From: Octopus bimaculoides
Taxonomy: Eukaryota
Direction: 5' to 3'
DNA length: 32,271 nucleotides
NCBI RefSeq assembly: GCF_001194135.2
Contig: NC_069001.1
Location: 31,449,255 to 31,481,525 of the forward strand
Program-made: the position numbers and the translations under genes
Part shown: in pieces, positions 21,380 to 30,755 of the stretch
How the letters are laid out: each line of letters starts with the position of its first letter
Numbering within the stretch: the stretch's first letter is position 1
The notes under the pieces: generated by a model
What the model saw: the letters and a program-made list of their open reading frames with translations, nothing else
The model's database searches: none
What the model was told of the DNA's origin: nothing

Positions 21380-21522
21380 ATCATCATCATCATTTAGTGT
21401 CCGTTGTCCATGCTGATATGGGTTGGATGCTTTGACCAGGGCTGGGAAGCTGAGGAGCTGCACCAGACTCCAGTCTTGTCTGGTATGGTCTATACAGCTG
21501 GATGCCCTTCCTAATGCCAACT
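21380..21522 (-). mobile_element. Family C repeat
   Basis: catcatcatcatcattta..tccatgctgatatgggttggatg..tacagctggatgcccttcctaatgccaac. Confidence 0.85.
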
Positions 21523-21539
21523 ATATATATAAAGTAATC

Positions 21540-21697
21540 TGCCAGGCTTCTTTCAGTTTCCACCTACTAAATCTACTCACAGATCTTTGGTTGCTCTAGG
21601 GCTACAGTAGAAGACACTTGCCCAAACTACTATGCAGTGGGACTGAACCTAGAACCATGTGGTTGGGGAGTTGAACTTCTCGCCACAGCTGCACTTC
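21540..21697 (-). mobile_element. SINE family A
   Basis: ggcttctttcagtttccac..agaagacacttgccca..gtgggactgaacc..ccatgtggttggg. Confidence 0.85.
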
Positions 21698-22143
21698 CAT
21701 ATAATAATATAAAAGAAAAATAAGATAGAAGCTTTTGTGATTATTTTTGTTTACCCTTTTTTCTTTGGTTTTCTTTTTTTTTTTTTTTTTGCTAATAATT
21801 TTAAATAGATAAGCTTTATTTCCAAACTGGAATTGTGTATGCTAGAGAAGAAATGAAAAGAATTTGCAGATACAATAGAAGGGTTTATACAAAACAAAAC
21901 AAAAACCAAAAAGGTTTGAACTATGTCAGCAGTAATAAACTCTGAGATCTTTTCTTCTTTGAGTAAGAATATAGGAGCGAAAAAAAACATAGAAAGAAAA
22001 ACAGAATTAAAAGCAACAAGAAACAAACAGGCAATCAAATGCACTGATATTTCTTTCACTCTTAAATCAAGCTGTTTTTCTATTCAGCTGATTTTTCTGT
22101 CTTGTTTTCTAGAAGAGAAAGAAAAATTAATTAAAGAAAAAGT

Positions 22144-22168
22144 GTATATATATATATATATGTGTGTA

Positions 22169-22239
<71 letters not shown>

Positions 22240-22820
22240 NNNNNNNNNNNNNNNNNNNNNNNNNNNNNNNNNNNNNNNNNNNNNNNNNNNNNNNNNNNNN
22301 NNNNNNNNNNNNNNNNNNNNNNNNNNNNNNNNNNNNNNNNNNNNNNNNNNNNNNNNNNNNNNNNNNNNNNNNNNNNNNNNNNNNNNNNNNNNNNNNNNNN
22401 NNNNNNNNNNNNNNNNNNNNNNNNNNNNNNNNNNNNNNNNNNNNNNNNNNNNNNNNNNNNNNNNNNNNNNNNNNTATATGTATGTATATGCATGTGCATA
22501 TATATACTTGTATATTTATCTATGTGCGTGTGCATGTGAATATATACATATATTTATGTGTGTATACATATATAGATATTTATCAATGTGTGTGTATGGA
22601 TACATACATATATGTATGTATATATACATATATTTATCTTTGTATATATATATGTATATTTATGTATATATACATATATTTATGTTTGTGTATATACATA
22701 TATTTATCTTTATATATATATATATATATATATATTTATCTTTGTGTATGTATGCATATATATATATATACATACATACACACAAACATATATACATATA
22801 CATACACACACACATATAGA
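22144..22820. repeat. TA/TG microsatellite and minisatellite field around a gap
   Basis: Dinucleotide runs and repeated tatatttatctttgtatat units. Confidence 0.9.
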
Positions 22821-22921
22821 GATAAATATTCTATTGTATTCTCTAAGACACTGGGAAGGTTTTGATTTCTGCATTAATCAAGAATGGATGAACTACTCAA
22901 GTAGTCTCAGGTAAAAATAAC

Positions 22922-22953
<32 letters not shown>

Positions 22954-22964
22954 TAATAATAATA

Positions 22965-23410
22965 GAAGTGGGAGAAGGCGGCTAAGAACCTTCAACGCCC
23001 ACCACCCACCTTTCTTGTAACATATACTGTCATCGAGAAGAAAATTAAAAAGAAACTGAAAAAAAAATGCTTAGATAATATTCTATTATTTTCACTGTTG
23101 AATAGATAAACTGCAGGAATTGTTTTACGGTAAAAGAAAAAAAATAACAGAAGGAAAAAATGCAAAGAAAATGGTAGAGGGATGAGGCTGAGAACCCTTG
23201 GCTCCCACCCCACCTCACAACCTCTTCTCCTGTAATATATATTGTTGGCAAGAAGGAAATTAAGAAGAAACTGAATTGCAAATAATGTTCTGTTGTAGTC
23301 AATGGTGTGGTTTGGTTGTGGTGGTGTTGTGAACAACAGATAAACTACTTATAGAGTTTGAGAGTTATAAAATACAAATTAGTGGGGGAGGGCTAGAAAT
23401 CCTCCCACAA
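22965..23410 (-). repeat. Degenerate tandem repeat of about 210 bp (about 2.3 units) with a hairpin in each unit, abutting (TAA)n at 22915-22963
   Basis: 23013-23111 aligns with 23229-23346 (tgtaa.atata.tgt..agaag.aaattaa.aagaaactgaa...agataaact); three G/C-stem hairpins with loop GGCT(A/G/-)AGAA on the + strand. Confidence 0.6.
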
Positions 23411-23554
23411 CATGTGTCTTTGCTCATAATTTTGTTTTGGGTGGGGTTTTTTTCCAGAACTTTCTTGTGGGCGGTGGCTTGAGATAGGGTCAGTTTGGTG
23501 CAGGTTGAGTTGAGATTATAAAGCCTAGGATTTGATGTTCTGTTTGAAGCCATG

Positions 23555-24090
23555 AAGATTGGAAGGCTGGTGGTGTCTGCGTGGTGGGACACAGTGAATC
23601 ATTAGCTGGGTTGGGGTTGTGGTTAGGTGGGGAGCCATGAAGGTAGGGAGGGAGAGAGAAAGGATACCTGTTGTTCAAAATTGTTTTTCGGAAGAANNNN
23701 NNNNNNNNNNNNNNNNNNNNNNNNNCGAAAAAGAAATGTGCTGTGTACATTATATAGGGTCAAGGTCAGAAGGCTGGAGGTGTTTCTGTGGCAGGCAGGA
23801 GTGGATTATAATTGAGTTGGGTTTAGGGTTGGGAGCAGTGAATTCCAGAAGGAAGGATACTTGTTCGAAATTGGTTGGAAGAAAAAGAAATGTACTGTAC
23901 AACATATAGGGTCAAGATTGGAAGACTAGAGGTGTTTGTGTGGTGGGCCACAGTGAATCATTAGCTGGGTTGGGGTTGTGGTTAGGTGGGGAGCCATGAA
24001 GGTAGGGAGGGAGAGAGAAAGGATACCTGTTGTTCAAAATTGTTTTTCGGAAGAAAAAGAAATGTGCTGTGCAACATAGAGGGTCTAGAA
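23555..24090. repeat. A-B-A' tandem array, subunits about 170-190 bp, period about 359 bp
   Basis: 23590-23696 is identical to 23949-24055; all subunits share gaaaaagaaatgt.ctgt..a..tat.gggtc.agg/a.tg.aag.ct.gaggtgttt. Confidence 0.85.
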
Positions 24091-24424
24091 AGTGAGATGT
24101 TGTCTGAAAGATTGATGGAAAGAGAAGGTCAAAAATTTTAAAAAAAGGTGTGATGCGATTGGTGTTGCAGATGTAGGTGGCATCATATGATATGAGTAAG
24201 CTCTGAAGAGATCAAAGATAATTATAGTATTGGTGACACAGCAAGGGAGAGACAGAAAGATATATAGGTCTACATACACGGTGGGAGGAAGAAGGGGGAC
24301 AGTGATTGATGGACTGGACACAGCTTGGCAATATATTACTGACTGAAACTTGTGAATGCGTGAAAATTTGCTTAGGTTTCACCAATAACTTGGCACTTTG
24401 TCTCTCGTTTTTGCTCCCTTTATT

Positions 24425-24665
24425 TTTCTCTCCTACACTGTAATAAGTTTGAAATGGTTTCAAATCTTAGCAGAAGGCCAGAAATTTTGGAGAGGGGGGC
24501 TAAATTGGTTAGATCAAGCTCAGTGCTCAACTTATTTCATCGATCGTGAATGGATGAAAGGCAAAGTCGACCTTGGTGGAATTTGAACCCAGAACGTGAA
24601 GACGGATGAAATGCTACTAAGCATTTTTCCCAGCATGCTAACAATTCTGCCAAATCATTTGCTTT
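24425..24665 (-). mobile_element. tRNA-derived SINE family E
   Basis: Minus strand ggcagaattgttagc (A box), gggttcaaattcc (B box), gtcgactttgcctttcatcc. Confidence 0.85.
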
Positions 24666-24711
24666 GATGATAATATAATGATGACAATAATAATAATAGT
24701 AATAGTAATAA

Positions 24712-24935
24712 TAATCGTTTCTACTAAAAGCACAAGGTCTGAAATTTTGTGGAGAGGGGGGCTAGTCGATTACATTGACACCACTATGTAACTGGTACTT
24801 ATTTTATTGACCTTTAAAGGATGAAAGGATGAAAGACTAAGTAGATCTCAGCAGAATTTGAACTCAAAACATAATGATGGACGAAATACTGCAAAGCATT
24901 TTGCCCAGTAACACATCTGCCATCTCACTGCCTTG
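24712..24935 (-). mobile_element. tRNA-derived SINE family E, second copy
   Basis: Colinear with 24425-24665; both copies border (AAT)n. Confidence 0.85.
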
Positions 24936-25209
24936 TCCTTCACAGTAATTGCTTAACTCGACTGTTGTCAAGTAAATGGAGCAATGGGGTATGTTAATTA
25001 GGAGAAATAGCACGAATGGAACGAGAGGAATGAGAGACAGACAAATGGACAATGTGAGAGGTTCTAAAGAGGAAGACGAATGTTCGAAAAGAGATGATGG
25101 ACAAAATGTAAATGCATGAAGATAGTGGTAGAAGCTGTGCACAGAGAAAGGGAAAAGGTTAAGTAGACTGATGGTTTAGGGGAACTGTAAGGAGCAAGAT
25201 AAAGGACAG

Positions 25210-25450
25210 TGAAGTACCCTGTGCGGGCCACAAGGGTATAGACTCCAAAGTGATGCTATACCACTTGATATTTTCTTTGCTAGTTTAAAATGACACAAAG
25301 TAGAGTAAGAAGCAAGATAAAAAACAGTTAAGTACCCTACCTGGGCCACAATATTGCACTAAGCAAAAGGAAACGACATAGGCTTCAAACTGATGCTATG
25401 CCATCTGACATTTTCTCTAATATTTGCGAATGACACAGACACAAAGTATA
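25210..25450. repeat. Degenerate direct duplication, period about 120 bp
   Basis: aagtaccct..gggccacaa...caaa.tgatgctat.cca..tga.atttt..atgacaca occurs twice. Confidence 0.6.
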
Positions 25451-25473
25451 ATGTGCTGGTGTATCTCAGACAA

Positions 25474-25755
25474 CATGTACAGGTTGCTCTCCAAATTTAG
25501 TATTAGATTTTCATACAAAATTTTTATCCCTCATAGTTTTAACTTTACTTGCCCTACGTATAACTTGCACCCCTAATTTAATGTTAAATCTTGATACAAA
25601 ATGTTTGCCTTCATAGTTTTAGCTTTGCCCCATGTACAGGTTGCACTCCAAATTTAGTATTAGGTTTTCATACAAAATTTTTATCCTTCATAGTTTTAGC
25701 TTTGCCCTGCATAAGTCACATCCCAGTTTTTCCTGTTCAAATCAAGTACAAAATG
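25474..25755. repeat. 157-bp tandem repeat built of two related subunits of about 78 bp
   Basis: catgtacaggttgc at 25474 and 25631; all subunits carry tacaaaat.ttt..cc.tcatagtttta.cttt(g)ccc. Confidence 0.85.
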
Positions 25756-26184
25756 AAGTAACATACACTCACAGCTAAGTACAGTCATTTGGAGTCATGT
25801 ATTAGATGCCACAAATCCTTCTCTACAGTTGCTATCTTCATTTGGAAGAACCTTTTTTGTTAGTTGTGTTGTTTTTCTATAATTTTTTTACCATTTATTC
25901 TTACTTATTGTCTTTATGGGTTTGTTGATCCCAACCCTTTTTTATTTGAGGTCAATACCTTTTTGTTTCTTGTTATTTGCCCTTGTATTTCACCTTGGCA
26001 CTTGTCATCATTGTCTTGCAGAGACCTTGTGGTCTCCTAAAATATATTGTCCAAATCCTGTTATGGTTGATAAAAATAAAGGACTTGTAAGGTGGAGTTG
26101 ATTTAAATTGACCAATTCCCTTACTTCTGGCCTTGTTCTATATTAAAAACATTATTATTACTGTCCAATGTTTGTGTCAAGTAA

Positions 26185-26949
26185 CTGGTGCCTGTGCCAG
26201 CGGCACATACAGGCGCCTGTACCGGTGGCACATAAAAGCAACTATGCTGGTGGAATGTAGATAGCACCCATTACGCTCTTGGAATGGTTGGCATTAGGAA
26301 GGGCATCTGGCCGTAGAAACCATGCCAAGTCAGACTGGAACATGGTGCAGACTTCCAGCTTACCAGTTCCATTCAAACTGTCTAACCCAGGGGTTGCTAA
26401 AGGGGGTCTGAGGAGCCCCCTAGAGGTCGACGAGGAATTACAGGGGGCCGATGATAGCCAAGGGGCCGAATGGGGGTTGGTGTGTGAAAGACCAGCTCAC
26501 TCAGATGAACTGCTTGAAATACTTAGCTCCATGAAACATGGAAAAACATGAGGCATTTTTCACATTTTCTAAGAAAACAATTTCATAAAAATTGCAAGTT
26601 TAATACTGTAACCTCGTGCACATAGTTTTAAATGTGAAAAGTGTGTAATCCTCAATAGAATTTAATTTGTCGTACATGTATATTTTAGCTAACATTTTAT
26701 TGCCAGTATCAGTACTCGGTACACATGTAAGATATGGTAGGGTAGGGTATTAAGATATTTTAAATGAGGAGGGTGGTCACTGCAGAAGGAGAAGTGGCTA
26801 AAATGGATCGATGCAGAAGAAGAAATGGTTAAAGGGGGACGATGTGGAAGGAGAAATGGTTAAAGGGCGTCACTGGTCGGAAAAGTTTGGCAGCCCCCTC
26901 CCCCCCGGTCTAACCCATGGAAAGCAGATGCTAAATGATGATGATGATG
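26185..26949 (+). mobile_element. Family C repeat split by a hAT MITE (26185-26387 and 26908-26949)
   Basis: Body runs to ..caaactgtctaacc and resumes as gtctaacccatggaaagcagatgctaaa(gat)n. Confidence 0.8.
26388..26907. mobile_element. hAT-type MITE (about 520 bp) with 8-bp TSD gtctaacc
   Basis: TSD at 26380-26387 and 26908-26915; left TIR caggggttgctaaa; right end tttggcagccccct-cccccccg. Confidence 0.75.
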
Positions 26950-27651
26950 TCCAAACATCACAGAGGTTGTTTACGTTCCTTTCATCTGTCCATAGTTCAT
27001 ATTAGTCATGTGACATANNNNNNNNNNNNNNNNNNNNNNNNNNNNNNNNNNNNNNNNNNNNNNNNNNNNNNNNNNNNNNNNNNNNNNNNNNNNNNNNNNN
27101 NNNNNNNNNNNNNNNNNNNNNNNNNNNNNNNNNNNNNNNNNNNNNNNNNNNNNNNNNNNNNNNNNNNNNNNNNNNNNNNNNNNNNNNNNNNNNNNNNNNN
27201 NNNNNNNNNNNNNNNNNNNNNNNNNNNNNNNNNNNNNNNNNNNNNNNNNNNNNNNNNNNNNNNNNNNNNNNNNNNNNNNNNNNNNNNNNNNNNNNNNNNN
27301 NNNNNNNNNNNNNNNNNNNNNNNNNNNNNNNNNNNNNNNNNNNNNNNNNNNNNNNNNNNNNNNNNNNNNNNNNNNNNNNNNNNNNNNNNNNNNNNNNNNN
27401 NNNNNNNNNNNNNNNNNNNNNNNNNNNNNNNNNNNNNNNNNNNNNNNNNNNNNNNNNNNNNNNNNNNNNNNNNNNNNNNNNNNNNNNNNNNNNNNNNNNN
27501 NNNNNNNNNNNNNNNNNNNNNNNNNNNNNNNNNNNNNNNNNNNNNNNNNNNNNNNNNNNNNNNNNNNNNNNNNNNNNNNNNNNNNNNNNNNNNNNNNNNN
27601 NNNNNNNNNNNNNNNNNNNNNNNNNNNNNNNNNNNNNNNNNNNNNNNNNNN

Positions 27652-27682
<31 letters not shown>

Positions 27683-28226
27683 TTTATATACGTGTGTGTA
27701 TACACATATATAAACATACATACAAACATTTATATATATATATATATATACGTACACATGTATATACATACACATGCATGTATGCATATGAAATTGCTTG
27801 GAAATCTTTCAAAGTAGCAAAGCAAGTATACTCAGCCAGTACAGTCATCATTTTCTCAAAATTATTAATAATTATTCTATTAAATTACATTTGACTACCA
27901 CAAGACATAGTTTGTGGTCTGCTCTTTTCCTATCGAACCAAACATTTTTTCTTCTTTTCTTTTCTTTTCTTTTCTTTTCGTTTCCATGGTGGTGTCTACT
28001 TATTCGAGACTATTTCTTAATTAAAACATTTGTATCAACAACATGTTCGAAATTTCTCTCCAATCATCTGTAGGTGATCGAACTAAGACAGACGTTTAAT
28101 TCTATTTAATGAGTGTAGCTAATGTGATTAACTACTGAGCTGTTCCTCTCCAAAGACTGAATGCAGATGGAGATATATCGTGTGTGTACCAAACACAGAC
28201 ACACAAACATATACACACACATGCAT

Positions 28227-28280
<54 letters not shown>

Positions 28281-28282
<2 letters not shown>

Positions 28283-28427
28283 GACGGGCTTGTTTCAGTT
28301 TCCATCTAACAAATCCACTCCCAAGGCTATAGTAGAAGACACTTGCCCAAGGTCCCATGCAGTGGGACTGAACCCGGAACCATGTGGTTGGTAAGCAAGC
28401 TACTTACCACACGGCCACTCTTGCGCC
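28281..28427 (-). mobile_element. SINE family A, young copy
   Basis: acgacgggcttgtttcagtttccatct..agaagacacttgcccaagg..gtgggactgaacccggaaccatgtggttggtaagcaagctacttaccacacggccactcttgcgcc. Confidence 0.92.
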
Positions 28428-28444
28428 TATATGTATATATATCT

Positions 28445-28815
28445 TCATCATCATTGTCACCGTTTAACGTCTGCTTTCCATGCTGACATGGGTTGGACGG
28501 TTTGATTGAGAGCTGGCAAGCCAGAAGGCTGCACCAGGCTCCAATCTGACCTGGTAAATTTTCTACAGCTAGATGCCCTTCCTAACACTAACCACTTTGA
28601 GAATGGAGTGGGTGCTGTTTACATGCCACCGACATGGGACCAGTCAGACAACACTGGCATCGATTACGCTTGAATGGTGCTTTTTATGTGCCAGTGGCAT
28701 GGAAGCCAGTCAAGTGGAACTGGCATCGACCATGCTCGAATGGTGCTTTTTATGTTCCACTGGCACAGGTGCCAATCAGGCAGTACTGTCATCAGCCACG
28801 ACAATGACTTCACTT
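28445..28815 (-). mobile_element. Family C repeat with internal duplicated units
   Basis: (cat)n tail at 28445; gaatggtgctttttatgt.cca.tggca at 28672 and 28738. Confidence 0.85.
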
Positions 28816-28835
28816 GATGTATAAATATATATATA

Positions 28836-28982
28836 GGCTGTGTGGTAAGTAGCTTGCTTACAAACCACATGGTCCCAGGTTCACTCCCACTGTGTGGCAC
28901 CTTGGGCAAGTGTCTTCTACTATAGCCTCGGGCTGACCAAAGCCTTGTGAGTGGATTTGGTAGATGGAAACTGAAAGAAGCC
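28836..28982 (+). mobile_element. SINE family A, young copy
   Basis: ggctgtgtggtaagtagcttgcttac..ccttgggcaagtgtcttctactatagcctcggg..ggaaactgaaagaagcc. Confidence 0.92.
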
Positions 28983-29617
28983 TATGGTATATATATATAT
29001 ATATATATNNNNNNNNNNNNNNNNNNNNNNNNNNNNNNNNNNNNNNNNNNNNNNNNNNNNNNNNNNNNNNNNNNNNNNNNNNNNNNNNNNNNNNNNNNNN
29101 NNNNNNNNNNNNNNNNNNNNNNNNNNNNNNNNNNNNNNNNNNNNNNNNNNNNNNNNNNNNNNNNNNNNNNNNNNNNNNNNNNNNNNNNNNNNNNNNNNNN
29201 NNNNNNNNNNNNNNNNNNNNNNNNNNNNNNNNNNNNNNNNNNNNNNNNNNNNNNNNNNNNNNNNNNNNNNNNNNNNNNNNNNNNNNNNNNNNNNNNNNNN
29301 NNNNNNNNNNNNNNNNNNNNNNNNNNNNNNNNNNNNNNNNNNNNNNNNNNNNNNNNNNNNNNNNNNNNNNNNNNNNNNNNNNNNNNNNNNNNNNNNNNNN
29401 NNNNNNNNNNNNNNNNNNNNNNNNNNNNNNNNNNNNNNNNNNNNNNNNNNNNNNNNNNNNNNNNNNNNNNNNNNNNNNNNNNNNNNNNNNNNNNNNNNNN
29501 NNNNNNNNNNNNNNNNNNNNNNNNNNNNNNNNNNNNNNNNNNNNNNNNNNNNNNNNNNNNNNNNNNNNNNNNNNNNNNNNNNNNNNNNNNNNNNNNNNNN
29601 NNNNNNNNNNNNNNNNN

Positions 29618-30278
29618 GCCAACACGATTTCGCTTGCCCCAACAGGTCTTCACAAGCCGAGTTTAGTGTTCCTAAATTTAGTTCCATTTCGATTTCACTT
29701 GCCTCACCATGTCTTCGCAAGCGGAGTTTAGTGTCCAATGAAGGAATGTTACACGTAAGTGGGCTGGCTACATCCCTGGCAGAGGCCTTGGATTTTGGTC
29801 ACACTTGGCTTGTCGGGTCTTCTCACACACAGCATATTTCCAAAGGTCACGGTCACAAGACATTGCCTCGGTGAGGCCTAATGTTCAGAGGTTGTGCTTC
29901 ACCACCTCATCCCAGGTCTTCCTAGGCCTGCTTCTTCCACAGGTTCCCTCAACTGCTAGGGTGTGGCACTTTTACACGCAGCTATCCTCATCCATTCTTG
30001 CCACATTTCCATACCAGCACAATTGTCTCTCTTGCACACCACAACTGATGCTTCTTATGTTCAACTTTTCTCTCAAGATACTTACACTCTGTCGGGTATG
30101 CACACTGACATTACTCATCCATTGGAGAATACTGGCTTCATTCCTTGCAAGCTGATGCATGTCCTCAGTAGTCACGGCTCATGTAGCATGGCTGGTCTTA
30201 CACATGCGTCATACAGTCTGCCTTTTACTCTGAGCGAGAGGCCCTTTGTCGCCAGCAGATGTAAGAGCTCTCTGAACT
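29618..30278 (-). mobile_element. 5'-truncated RTE-clade LINE: RT C-terminus plus 3' UTR (3' end lies in the gap)
   Basis: Across frameshifts: FRELLHLLATKGLSLRVKGRLYDACVRPAMLH..TTEDMHQLARNEASILQWMSNV..LREKLNIRSI..VQERQLCWYGNVARMDEDSCV..VEGTCGRSRPRKTWDEVV. The RL(R/C)WYGHVxRM and GxRxRGRPRKTW motifs are typical of RTE. Confidence 0.92.
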
Positions 30279-30655
30279 ATGGTATTCTCAAAGGGGTACG
30301 TTCTACATAGTTGTGATCTGATGGAGTTCCCTGGCTTTTCAACAATCTTAATGTTGAGTTTGGACTCCATCAGAGCTTTTCTAAACCTACTCGCTAGTTC
30401 TCCATGGGTTGTGGCCTCTACAAACATCACTCCTTGATATCTGTCGGTTTATACCACGTGTTCGCCCTGTTGGCTTTGTCACAAATTCTTTGTATCCTAT
30501 TCCATTCTTTGTTTCCATATCTAGGGCAGGTACCACTGGTGTCATTACGTATAATATTATCTAACCTCTTTCTAGTTCCCCTGTATACTCGAACACTATC
30601 TTTCTGATCATATCCAGAGAACTGCATGCAGTGCCTGAAGTTCAGTATATGTTTT
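30279..30655 (-). mobile_element. Penelope-like element fragment (RT thumb/linker region, third family)
   Basis: KHILNFRHCMQFSGYDQ..TCPRYGNKEWNRIQR..KANRANTWYK..*CLFVEATTHGELA..LNIKIVEKPGNSIRSQLCRTYPF resembles the remembered PLE pattern RMQxSGY..PxYRxxxW..WY..FVxATPxxEL..IKVVExxG..PF. Confidence 0.6.
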
Positions 30656-30755
30656 NNNNNNNNNNNNNNNNNNNNNNNNNNNNNNNNNNNNNNNNNNNNN
30701 NNNNNNNNNNNNNNNNNNNNNNNNNNNNNNNNNNNNNNNNNNNNNNNNNNNNNNN

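Noticed and set aside
24085-24400. Faint GIY-YIG-like words on the minus strand (IGET, TPIASHL)
   Set aside because: The motifs are in different frames with inconsistent spacing; too degenerate to call
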